This document shows, in pieces, positions 37,600 through 56,581 of a DNA stretch of 64,000 nucleotides. The position numbers were made by a program, and so were the translations under genes. Positions within the stretch are counted from its first letter, which is position 1; each line of letters starts with the position of its first letter. Below the pieces are notes generated by a model. That model saw nothing but the letters and a program-made list of their open reading frames with translations, did no database searches and had not been told where the DNA came from. This DNA comes from Ramazzottius varieornatus. Lineage: Eukaryota > Animalia > Tardigrada. The DNA lies in NCBI GenBank assembly GCA_001949185.1, contig BDGG01000013.1, forward strand, positions 679,423-743,422, read 5' to 3'.

Positions 37600-39251
37600 C
37601 ACCACGCAAGCAAACACGGGTGTATCATGAAAATAATTATCGTTGTCGACAAGACTGGCTTCGTCAAAGCAGCTTTCTCCCGCCGTCCTGCCACACGAGC
37701 AGTCCACTAGGGACCGAAAACAGCAGACAATGTAAGACGAACACAGCAAAAATGAAGGGATGGTTCTGGATGAAGCTGCTCGGTGGCAGCGGTGGCCGAG
37801 GAGCTGCAAAGGTGATGGCGGTGGATTCCACGCTGGACATGATGCAGCCCAGCTGCGCTCGTGGTGGTACCGTTGTACCAAACGAAGCCTACAAACAAAA
37901 CACAGGACTAACAATGTAACCTTCGGAGACGTAAAACTTAAACCATATTCCCGATGTGTTTACGTGATAGGAGCCAGTCACACGCGCATGCACTAAAACG
38001 GGTTCCTGTTGATGCCCTAGCCAATCGCAACACGTGTGGCGCCGAGGTCGTCTTAAAAACTGCCATCACGTGGGTGGTCAAACTCAAAATTAACATTGCA
38101 GCTTTCGGGCTTTGAAGCACCTTGCTTCGCTCGACCTAATTAAATCACCGAATTAAATCATTTTATTTTGCTTCTGTGTCTTTACTGATAGGGAAACCTG
38201 TGGCGTTAGTGGTTCACTTCCAACCAAAACTCGGGGGCGGTTCTGCCATGGAAGGCAACGTAGAGCCGACAGCCATATTTGGTTTTGCTGGCGGATGTCA
38301 TCAGCGCCAAACCCACAACTAGTAAAAGCGCTAGTCAGACGAATAAGTACAGAACTGCTTCAATGAGACGTGTGTCATGCAGACTGAAAAAAGGTGAGAA
38401 CACGACTCACGATTTGGAACGACAGGGAACATTCTCAAGAGAGTTATAATGGAGGTGGTGCTAACGTAACTTTCTTCCTGATACCCTTGCACGGAACGCT
38501 CGATTTTGCTTTCTTTGGCTTCATTCATCTGCTTTATAAATTCTCATCATGAAAACGCTGACTTTCGACTCGGGTGGCAGCCTCTTGATGATTTCCTTCG
38601 TCTTCAACATACCCCACAGATCATGACCAACAACGCTCCGACAGTACCTAGGTAATGGAGCGTCACTTCAAAGACGACCAGCAGGAAGACGAACGACCAC
38701 ACCCTATTGAACGCAATCAACGAAGCCCACTCAAACTGCAGAGTGCCGTGTAGGGTAGGTTTGCGAAACCACGGCAAAAATGCGGAGCATTCCATAAACC
38801 ACGCTCGCCCTGAAATAAAGATCAGGACGCGAGTCGAAATTCCGGTATCGACTCAACCATGCATGGTGTTTTTGCCGCCAAACAGCTTCAACCTGTTTCG
38901 GGAATCTGATTTTCCAAAATGAATATGGCGTGGCGCCGTCTGTATATGGACTTCAAAAACGGAAAGAGCGGAGGTTGAGTCTGTCAGTCTGAAAGACCAG
39001 TCATTGATATTTTATGGCGTCGCGTTCACTCTGCACGCAAAATACTGCAAATTACCGCACCGACACAAACAAATTAACTGCGGGTTACAAATGAAATAGG
39101 CAGAAATCAGAGTAAAACATAAAACTGGCTGTAGCAAACCGGATACGAAAAGAGAACTTAGTTGAACTAAAACTTCTACAGCTGAGGGTTTTGTCCTTCG
39201 AATGACTCTTTGATCGAAGTGCTGCGGGAAGAGCAGAGTGCCCCACTTTCT

Positions 39252-41398
39252 TCAGTCAGAATCCGGAAAATCTACATTCAGATAATTTCATTCAAACGCC
39301 ACTTTCGGCGCGATGAGGCGCTGAAGCATACTACGAAACAAGGAATGCGGGTTTCTTACCTAGTGGAGATCGTTCGTTGGATCTCTCAGTATCTGACCTC
39401 GACTTGAGGATGCCCGTGCTCGGTGTATCCTTCTTCCTCGAAGACCTGCCGTTCTTACTGTGACTGCTTTCGGCTTCATCCTGGAAGGCTACCATCTTTG
39501 GTCCTCGTTCCTCCACCAAGGATCTCTCCTTCGCGCTTTCTGAAGCAGCTTCGAATAGTTTCGAAGAGCTGGGCAGCGGCATTCGATCAGACATTTTACC
39601 TCTCGATCCGTCCTCAATACGCGGCGGACTACCTGAAATTCAATCGACTAACAAAAGAATTCCTAGGAAAAAAAAAGTTCCAAAATTGGCAGACAGAAAA
39701 CAGAATAAGGGCTGGACAGGACTATTTTCCCAAGTGGCGTACTCTTACGCTTTCAAAGACTAAAAGCGTGCGTGACTCGAGAATAACCTTGCCAGTTTGT
39801 TTGCCCAATGCGAAAAAGATCCGTTTCCGGCCATTTTTGATTTTTACTAACTATTTCCTCGTCTTGGGGTGTCCCTGATGGGTATGGATTGTTGGTTTCC
39901 CGGTTCGATCCGCGCGAAGAACCATGGAAGGTGGACGCGGTAGCCGGACTTAACGATGATGAGCATGAACGTTACGAAGAGGACAAAGACGATCACGAAA
40001 GGCCACATGTAGAAAGGAAGAGGTGCTAAGATGCCTTGAAAGAATTCACCGAAGGCTCGCCCGATGTGCTTCAAAGGCTCTACGACGAAATTCGTGATCG
40101 TCACTGCAACCGCCTACAATTCAGTATGGTAGACGAAAGTTGGAATTACTCCGATCACTTATTCCGTTGCAGGTTCTACCTATGCTTACCATGGTTGGAG
40201 GTACGTCGAGAAATGGATCCACGTTAACCGCTCGGTAATACTTTTCACAGGGAGAAGCGTCAGGATTTATGGAGAAGATTTTGCCTAGGGAACGTTTCAG
40301 CATTTGGGCAGCGGATAATGGCCCACAATGAGAGTCTTTCTGTAAAAGACCTCTTTGCTGCTCCGCTACTTTCTCCTGAAAAACAAAAACACGCTACGAT
40401 ACTATTCGTAACGTAATCTGGACGGAAGACGGCGAACCGTCAATTAAGATGGCGTCAAATGAATCGAACATGATCGCTTTCCCAGGTGGCGCAATCTACA
40501 GCCAAGAAAAATGAAACCGTGCGCCACTTCCGAAAAACGATCATATCCACGTCATTTGCCGACGTCTCTTTTTACCTGGTAGAGTCGATACCACGTCCAA
40601 GGGAAACTCAACAGAAACGAGAGCAAAAGCATGTACTGCAGTATTCTGCGGATGATTCCCATCAGTGACATTCTTATCTTTGTCTCGAGAAAGATGATGA
40701 GGATGGGGAGGCTGACGATTGCCACAACCTGAATAACAGATGAGAATAAAGTCGAGAAAATGAAGAAAAGCCCGGAAATATATTCGGTATTTACCTGAAA
40801 AATTAAGTTGAGGCGAACACCAAACATGTTCTCCACCGATTCGATGCTTGTCGGATCCCGATGCATTCTCATAGTTTTCAGAATGCTATTCCAGGCGTCC
40901 AAGATAGGTGCTGAATGCGTAGCGGCGATTGGGGAATCCATATCCAAAAGGCGGCTAAACTCCTCCAGCTGTGATCGACGAATCCTCACCGTCACGTCAA
41001 AATTTTCTCCGGTCTTCCCCTACAACCAAAACATCCGTCAGAATCTTGCAAGCCCCGGAAGCAAGTAAAACAGACAGGCTTACCGAAGCGTCGACGGTAG
41101 AGACGAAATTCCGAAGGACATGCCGCAGCATGATGACTTCGTTCCGGCTGCAATCTATGTTGCATTCCTCCCTTCTGCCCGCATCGTAGTCGCCCACAGC
41201 TCCCGCTGAAGAATCCACAGGCCTTTTCCGGTCTTTGAGAGCAAACTTTGCTTGAGGATCGATCCACTTCGACTCGTCGCGTTGCTCGAAGACGTCTTTG
41301 GAAGTCTTGCGGATGGCTTCGTCGGCAGGCCAGCTTTGACCTACGAATTGAACTAACACGACCACCAGGTGTGTAACGAACCATTTGTGACGCTCCAT
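39252..41398 (-). CDS. CLCC1: Chloride channel CLIC-like protein 1 (MCLC family), multi-exon
   Basis: Signal peptide; SFPWTWYRLYQ; CEKYYRAVNVDPFLDVPPTM; VTITNFVVEPLKHIGRAFGEFFQGILAPLP followed by a TM helix, all matching MCLC family motifs. The last exon is tentative. Confidence 0.88.
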
Positions 41399-41825
41399 CT
41401 CGAGGCAGGGAGCCGTATTTTCCGAACTAGCCCAGTTCTAGAAGTCAGACCATTATGTCCTGCCAGTCTTGGGGAACGAGGATGTTTGCCAAAAGAAGAG
41501 ACGATTCAGGCGAACAACGAAGGAAAAAATCGACCTGAAACAAAAACGAAAACAAATCAACAATCAATGAAGAGGACGAGTCAAAAGAGGCAGCTGATTC
41601 CACTAATTCACTTCCACCCAATATCCAGTCTGGAACGGAATTCAGTCAGCTGGAACTCATTCGAAGATGGAATTATCGATTGATTGTTGATTGGCTTGTT
41701 TTGGCCAAGACGAAAATTTTTTCTTTGCATTAAATTAATCTTCTTCTCGTTGAAGAAAAATGCCGATTTGTTCCGCTGTTTTTGAACGATACTGTGTTTC
41801 TTGACTGTTGTCTTTCAGCTGAGGG
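41399..41825. promoter_or_regulatory. Probable bidirectional promoter for CLCC1 and TBCD
   Basis: The divergent start codons are 427 bp apart; CCAAT (~41619) and ATTGG (~41690) motifs lie between them. Confidence 0.5.
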
Positions 41826-48527
<6,702 letters not shown>

Positions 48528-50598
48528 TTTACATGTATTTCCTCCCACCGAATCAGCATGATGCATGCACCACTTTACCCGCGCTAAACGATCATATTTC
48601 GCCGGCGTCTGCTGCCTGACTGCTGTATAGCTACAGATCAGGCTTTAAAGTGTTTCCATACCTGCTATTTTTCACGCTTTCCGGAATTTGTCATATTCGT
48701 GACATAAGTGAAATGTTTATTGTCAACTGAGATTATTACTACGAGTACATATTTTTCGCCTTTTCGCTAAACGTTCCAAGAAAGACAGCTGTTGTACTCC
48801 GAATGTTTTGAAATTCCGGAAGGCTACCGGGCAATGAGTAAACCGGAAGTTTCGAGTCCAGTATACGCAGACTGCTATATTGAAAAGAATCGAGAGGCAA
48901 AGAAATGTTTGAGAACTTCTGCTTCTCCTTCCCTGTTTCCCCGCAAATATTTTGCTCAAGATACTTTAGCGAAATCTTTCCTGTTTGTTTGACCAACGAG
49001 AGGAGATCGAGAGGAATGTCGGTAATTTTCTACAGACGTGTCCACGTCAGATGAACGGTTTCATTTTGCCGTCATTGTGCTGCAGATGGAGTAGAATCTG
49101 TTGGAGAGGGTGCAGAAGTGGAACAATGAGGAAGTGAGCTGCGATTCGGCGAAACAGTAGGAACGTTGTAATTCAGACTGCAGTGTACTTGCCCAATGCT
49201 AGTCAAGAGCAATTAAAATAAATTAGCCTTGCAAAAGACAAAAGGCAATTGTCCGGCGAGTGTCTGGTAGAAAAGCATTGTGCCGGTGGTGCAAAGTGGA
49301 CAGAGTCGTGGGGGCGCCGCATTGAAGAAGCCATGGACAAGTGTCTTTTCCACAAGCAAGCTCAGCAGTCCAAGTGCTACCTGACTCCGGAAGAAACCTG
49401 CTGAATAGCCATGATTCAAGTCAGCACAACGTGGGTACGTGGTGAAGTCGAGCTGGCATGTACACAGACAGAGGACTGCTCAAGTGACTTCAACGCTGTT
49501 TTGTTCTGATTCAGGGAAACAGTGGCCTTTCTTGGTAAATGACTAAATGCTTTACAGGAAGAGACTTTACCGTAAATGTAGGAAGTGTTCTCTCAGTGAT
49601 CCTTTTAACCCGTCAAGACCACACTACGCAATTATAGAACGGGTTCCGCAACGGTGCGAAAGCCGAGCAGACTGGAAACGACGTTCAAGCTAATTTTAGG
49701 TACGGTTCTTGTCCTTCCTAGCACAGAAAATACCACACCAGAAGCCCGAAAAACAGACAAATTTCTTCTCTAAAATCAGTTACAGAAGTATTAATATTGT
49801 ATCAATTTTTGGTTTGAACTTTCTTTCGTTTTCCAGCCTTTCTCCCAAAATACGGCACAGATCGTTTTGCGTGATTACGGGAGTACTTGATACTGTTGAT
49901 ATCCACGGTCGAAAGTGCAGAGCGTAAGCATTCTACATGAAGTGGGCAGTTTACGTCTACCCAGTAGCGGTGTAGAGCAGGAGGGCGGGACTTGATGGGT
50001 ACTGAGAGTTCTCCGCGGCGTCAGCAACAAGCTAACGCCGTGTTAAGCGCCAGTTTAACGCGGGATGAACCAAAAGCGAAAGCCCAGCCAAAAGTTAAGG
50101 CTGTAGTCGATTATCGCAAAGCCACAAGTCGACTCCGCTTCATTACCGTATTACACCATATTACCATACATATTTCCTCATACTGGGAAGATCGTAGTTC
50201 GCCGGCTGTGTTAATTTTAACCATCGTCACACTGTGTATGTTGTTTCCTTCTTCTCGATGGCTGCGCTTGGAATTGCTTCTTTTTCGTGCTCACACCGGA
50301 AAAGACTGTATGATTTTTTCTGGCGATAAGGCTTGTCTGTGTTGACTGATGAACACAAAGCTGAATGCTCAACATTTTGGTCTAACATGCCTTTGGTAGG
50401 ATGATACCCAAATTCTGCATGTCGCCATACTGTGCTGTATATCCATCATCATCGGTTTCCTGTTGATTCTTCATATCCTGCTGATAATATGGAAATAAAA
50501 TTCCTTTATTGGAAAATCATGACGTGTTTATGATGTCTCCAAGAGGATGTTGATGATGGTTGTTGAGGCTGTGTAATTGCAAAACAAAACGAGATAAT

Positions 50599-53573
50599 AT
50601 GGCACGGCACGAATATTTGGTGTTTGATCTGCGTCGACCGGGACGAGTGCGGCGTTATCAGGATGTCCTGAAGATGATATTAATTGCCGTGGGCTGTTTA
50701 AGTGTCGGCTTGCATATTGCGGTCCTCTTCCGAAGTACCTTTGACGTGCCTTGTGCGACGACGCTACACCGAACGGATACGGAACCTTGGGCTCCGTGGA
50801 CAGCCTCCAGTGAATCCCGGAAGAGCTCGTCGGATCAACTGTTGACGGCAGTAAAGCATGCTGATAAGCCAGGACGCCCGGTCCTTCGCTCTCCCCTGGC
50901 ACATCGACGCAGGGACGGCCTGAAGTTTGGCGGGCAAGTCAAGTCCAGTACCAGTCTTCCGCCACCGGATGTCCCCTTGAATGATGCCGTGAGGTTAGAG
51001 AGGAAGGAATACAAGGCGTTGTGGAGGCATTATAAGGCGACGGCGAATATCAGCAGCAGTCCGTATGCCAGGCCGAAGCAGTCGATACCGCCTTATCGTA
51101 ATATGGCGGCAGTGTATGCTGCAAACAAAAGGTAGAAAAATGGCCGTACTCTAACAGGCAATCGCGGAAACACAATCGGACTCTATCAAAAAATAGACTT
51201 TGTTCCGTTGTTATAATTAAAATTTCGGTTCTGTTGTGCATTACAAACTTTTTGGCTTTCAATGCTGTGAATGTTCGTCCGCATTTACCTGCTTACTGTT
51301 TTTCCTACTAATGAGGAAAGCATGTAGTTCTCTGCTTTTCAGTTATCCGGCATTGGGAAGCTCGGTATGGGATAGGTTTCATGCTGGCGTGGGACCGTAC
51401 CAATTGTACGAAAGTACATCAGCGATCGATGGAGTGATCAAAGATCTGCAAACGGCAGCCATCAAACGAGCAGGTCAGTGTGCATTTAGTGCAAGAGGAG
51501 ATCTTGTCGAGCTTCTCACTGAATACAGCTTAATTTATTGATACATGAACCTGTCTTCCACGATATCCCTCTGAACCATTGTCCCACTAATCAACTTGCC
51601 TGGATCGTTACTTAACGATGTATTGAAAAGTCTTCGCTTTCTGGGTCTTCCCTGTGGCATTGCTGAAAGTAGGGGAAGTGAAAGCCAAAGATAGACTAGC
51701 CAGAGTCTAACGCTAATTGCATTGCCGCTTGACTTTTTACTTGCTTGGTGATGAGCTCTCTTCTGTCGGTTGCAGAAATGAAGGATGGCGGCACGCAGCT
51801 CAAACTTTTTATCGAATTTGACGGGAGCGGCAAGGCTCTGTTCAAACCTCTTCGCCTAAACAGCACCCAGGAGGACAATCCTAATCATTTCTACTTCAAT
51901 TACTTTGAACGGCATTACAGCGAGATTGCGGCCTACCATCTCGACCGGTCAGTATCATGTTCCTAGTGCTGAAATCAAACTCGTAGTACAATGAAAACGG
52001 ACAAGGTGTAATAGACTATCGTATATGTGCACGAATTATAGGAAAACCGACAAAATTGTCATACTGCAAATATTCGCTGCATTCGCGCATTACGTACATG
52101 TACGTCACGATGCAGCCCCGTAAGGGGTTGCGAAATCCGTGAACCGGACCGGGTTGTGCTTCACTTTTACGATGACGTGCTGCGCGGATGCAGCGAATAT
52201 TTACAGTATGTTGTTCTTATAATATGCACTGACTCATTCCCCGTACATTTCCAGATTTGATTCTCAAAGTTTAGAAGTTAATATAACACCCTCGATATTT
52301 TTTCCTGTTATTGTATCTCGCTCCCTGCGCACACCCCTTTTGAAATAGACGGGGACATCATCATACTTGAGTGAAAACCAGAAATGTCGACTTGTACTGT
52401 GAAATATCGAACGCCAGTCTCCGGTTTTGATGGTCATGATGGATATTCCATTTTGATTTAGGATATTGGGCTTTCATCGAGCACCGCCGGTGGCCGGTCG
52501 TCACGTCAACCTAATCACGGACATTCGCAATAAGGCCGATGACAATCTGCGGGAGACCTTCTACATCTCCCCTGCTGGCAATATCTGCCTAACGGGATCA
52601 TGCAAATACTATTGCGACACCAGTCACGGCCTCTGTGGCGCACCCGAGCTGCTGCCCGCCTCTTTCAGCGCCTTCCTCCCTGAGGATGAGGGACCCGGCC
52701 TGCGTATGACGTGGCGACATCCCTGGCGCCGCTCGTATAGTCGGAGTAAACTGGCACCTTGGGAGATGGACTCGAATTATTGCGGTCTCATCAAGACGAT
52801 TGAACCTTACGATGGCGGGAGACGAATGCTGGACATTGTCGACATGGCCGTTCTGGACTATATTGCCAACAATTTAGACCGACACCACTATGAAACGTTT
52901 TACGAGTTCGGAAATGAAAGTTCGCCTATCCACTTGGACCATGGGCGAAGGTACTGTATTACCTCTAAGGTTTCGTACAGTCACGTACACTGCGAAACAA
53001 AACCTATTGAGTTTATATAATGCAAGAATATAATTGTGAACTCGGCGGAAACCCTTGACAAGATTGCTTCCCCAAGCGGTGCTTGCTTCCTGCTTGTGTG
53101 AATGACAACGTGCGCTACTTCCAAGAACGAGTCTGTCATGTTTGATTGTTTCCCCAAGTAGCGCACGTCTTCTGTCTTAATAGCTGCAACCGTGCGCCAC
53201 TTGGAAAAACCTTTGTACACCGTAGAAAATTGACAGAAAATAAAGTAACAGGTGCCCGTTTTTTGGTAGCTTCAACAAGGCCAATACGGATGAGCCCACC
53301 ATCTTAGCACCCCTGTATCAGTGTTGCTTGATAAGGCGGTCAACGTTGAAGCGCTTACTGGATTTGACTCACGGACCGCGGTTAAGCGAGTTGTTGGACT
53401 TGTCGCTGCAGTCTGATCTCCTTTATCCAGTGCTCAGCCCTGCGCATTTGAACGCAGTGGATCGCCGCGTTTACGGCGTGCTGGACGTGATCGACAAATG
53501 TCTGACCGATGCTACAAATCCTTCTAATGTGATAATACAAGAGGACGTAAATGCATACTTTCCGTCCTCGTAA
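50599..53573 (+). CDS. FAM20C: FAM20C-like secretory pathway (Golgi) kinase, 5 exons
   Basis: N-terminal signal anchor; [86 protein letters not shown]. Catalytic residues intact. Confidence 0.92.
52062..52208. mobile_element. MITE family A copy in a FAM20C intron
   Basis: Reverse-orientation copy of 13873-14023 with TA-flanked TIRs. Confidence 0.85.
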
Positions 53574-54191
53574 AGCCACTTTTAGCATGAATATTTTGTC
53601 AGAGTTATTATTTTGCCAACGGAAGAGCTCGTAATTTGTGATAAGAAACTTAGAGGTTATCCAGATGAGAACGTAAAGTTTCATCTTTTTTCTGGCGTTC
53701 GGCTGTGTTTTACTTTATACCCGTTCGCAATGGCATGAACGCAATGGGGCTACGCGACAGAGGGCGTTACGATCGCGCAAGACAGTACACTGTAGACTAA
53801 AGTCACTTCGATCTCAAGGAAAATCGAACAGCGCGAGAAAACAGTAGCGAATCGTCTCATGCGGTGGAAGAACTTCGAGCAAGAAAAGTCGAGTACGAGT
53901 TACAGGGTTGTGTTCGAATTTTTCAGTTAACAGTTTACAGTTAGGTCCACGAGTCAGAAGGTTCGTCAGAGCCTTACTCATCCAAGCACTCGAGAAAACC
54001 GAGCTACGGCCCGAATGACGCATTTTCATCGATTGATTCCGAAGGTGCGCCGCAGGTGCACTTGTGAGCGATGTGCATTCTGAAACATTCTGGCAAGGTA
54101 CTCACCCTTTGGTATCCGTAAGAAAGATAGTTTACTTTCAATAGCCAGTAATTGCGAGAACCCATTGGATGGTTTTTCGTCAAAGGTACGG

Positions 54192-54521
54192 ATGGCTGAT
54201 ATTCGTGAATTTATTGCTCCCAAATGGACGATTCCAGTGGAGTATCTGTACTACGTCGTGCTGCCTGTTGGGGTATTCCTCATTTTGGCCGGAGTTCTGA
54301 GTTGCTACTGCATTTCCAAATGGCGCCGGAAGTATGCCAGGCAAACCAACGAAGACGACGGAACTAGCAGTCCTCTACCTTCACATAATCGGGACGAGGT
54401 CTTCACGGTAACGCCAAGCAACATCTACCAAATTTCTCCCTCATCCAACGATCTCCGGACCAAACTTTAGCTACTAACTGACCATTCCCAGACTCCTTTC
54501 AAAACCAGCGTCATTCCATAA
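54192..54521 (+). CDS. Small single-pass membrane protein of unknown function
   Basis: YLYYVVLPVGVFLILAGVLSCYCI TM helix followed by SKWRRK (positive-inside). Possible 63-nt phase-0 intron at 54408-54470; the unspliced ORF ends at 54470. Confidence 0.45.
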
Positions 54522-54529
54522 AGCCGGTT

Positions 54530-55810
54530 CATTGTGTCATCTCTCCGCACACCACTCAAATCCGTTCACGAATATGATACCCGATTTCGGGAGGCATTGT
54601 CTTCCACCGACGCTAATGACGCGGACTGGTTCAGTCTCAAATCCTCGCTTCTCGTCGAAGTCATCCCTTCCTGGTCAAGCGTTCCATCTCTTCTGTCTAG
54701 ACCACATGGTATCGCCCGCTGTCCGATGTCCTATATCTCAAGTGTCACACTCCGAGACACTATGCCGATTAGTGTACTGCGTTTGCTACACAAGCTGCCT
54801 CCGATCGCAGTCCAGGGATGAGCAGTTATGGGATTTGGTTCTCTCCGCTTTACTATCGCTTTGAGGACGTTGGAGCGCTTCGCTATGACCCGCTTTGAGA
54901 TACAAGAGTCCGCTATCCGCTGTGCTATCGCTATAGAAAATTTTCTTGTGCTGGAAAAAGCATCGATTTTCGGCTGTTTTTCATAACCGAGACTGATTAG
55001 CGCAGTAACGACTTATTGATACAAGCTTGAAACAAGACCAAACATGTCGAAAAAGTCTGCTAAACCCGAATTTCACGTCATGAATATTGAGAGAGGACCC
55101 AGTTTTTCCACCAGTTTCCAGCTCAAATTCTGCTATTTCCGCTATAGCTCATTATCGCTTCGCTCTGGATAGTTCTGTGTGTACCCAGTTCCGCTGCAGT
55201 TTCGCTATATCGTAGCGAAGCGGAAAACGGTCAAAAACGCTACGCCGTTCCAAAACTGCTCATCCCTGTCGCAGTCCCGCAAGTCTGGACCAGCCGAGGT
55301 GGCCGTCCTGCGGACAAGCTCTTTCGAGCGGCCCGCGAGGTTATCTGCAGGGACTACAACGCGGGCCGCTGTACCACTCCCTGTCTCAACGGTCGTACCC
55401 ACAAATGTACCTATTGTTGACACCTTCACCCCTTCTCTGAATGTACCCAGTATCAAGACGACATCAAAGCCAAAAACACCGCTTCTGTCTGACCGGTTGG
55501 AACACTTCCTCAAAGATCATCCGGACCCTTCTTTTGCCCATCAATTCGGCCATGGCCTAAGCACTGGCTTTACGATTGGTTCCACCGGCCTTGAGTTTAC
55601 TCTTAGGGCGATTAATGCCTCCACCACGAAAGAAAACACTGAGATGGCCAAACGTTTCATTGCCAAAGAGTTCATTCATTTCGTTTAGAGTATTCTGTGG
55701 GACCTTTCGTTTCTCCGCCATTTCGCCATTGCGTGTGTTCCTCTCTCGGACATCGTTCTAAGACGAATGGTGGTGGTCAATTGATCATGCACCTTTCTCG
55801 GCCTTTTCCG
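54530..55810 (+). mobile_element. Ngaro/DIRS-type tyrosine-recombinase retrotransposon remnant (gag zinc finger and RT N-terminus)
   Basis: EYDTRFR..W gag motif; ICRDYNAGRCTTPCLNGRTHKCTYC*HLHPFSEC zinc finger; TPLLSDRLEHFLKDHPD..GLSTGFTIG; GPFVSPPF..CSSLG..K..LIMHLSRP. Frameshifted and truncated. Confidence 0.8.
54813..55268. mobile_element. Non-autonomous hAT element, 456 bp
   Basis: TIRs CAGGGATGAGCAGTT / AACTGCTCATCCCTG; perfect 8-bp TSD TCGCAGTC (54805-54812, 55269-55276); CGCTAT subterminal repeats. Confidence 0.93.
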
Positions 55811-56581
55811 TCTACGGTTTTATCTTTTGATATCTTGTCATAATATGTGTCTTCCAGTGTCGGTCAGATTTACGAAACGACACTGTATGCTCGTCAAAGT
55901 CCGGAATCAAAAAGATATAACGAATGAACTGCCTTTCATTTCGCAGCGTGTTTATCGGGAGCGCGGTCTCTCCAGTCACGTTTGAGGCATGTCGCACATC
56001 GCCTGTTCTATCGTTTCCCCGTATTATTCAGGTGGTATAGAGCTTACTATCGAATTGCCGAACAATAAATCACGAAACCGGGGCTTGGCTGGCGAGCTGC
56101 GAGCAAGGTAAGCCAAGTGAAACTAACTATAACCCCAATACACGCTTTGTTTCGAAGAATCTATGGAGAAACGTGGGGCCAACCGGCCCAGACAAATCAG
56201 CGAGGCAGATCAGGTCTATTAATATTATAGATTAATCATACAGTAAAAATACAGTCATTTACTCGGTGGTGAATGTGGCGCTCCATCGTACCGACCGGAG
56301 ATCTGGAGTACGAGCGACGAGATGGTCAGCCATGCGCGGAGATACTCAGAGATGACAGCGACCGGGTTAGCACCCCGTGGTGGTGCATGGAAGCCTTTGG
56401 ATAACCAGATCAGCAAGCAAGTGATTGCTTTACTGCCTAACAAGGCTTTCATGCACCGCCAGATGGCGCTAACTCGTGCACCAAAGTCCCTCACTTTCCC
56501 CGCGTACGCCTGGTTACGTTTAACTGGAAACATTTCGATCTTTAAGTAAGTAGACAATCATCAAAACAAACAACAAATTGT

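Noticed and set aside
37660-37890. Minus-strand peptide ..SSFIQNHPFIFAV resembling a serpin C-terminal motif
   Set aside because: No E.GTEAAA hinge or upstream serpin body; probably chance.
49080-49500. Coding-like plus-strand stretch between TBCD and FAM20C
   Set aside because: Multiple stops and no recognisable family, so no call can be supported.
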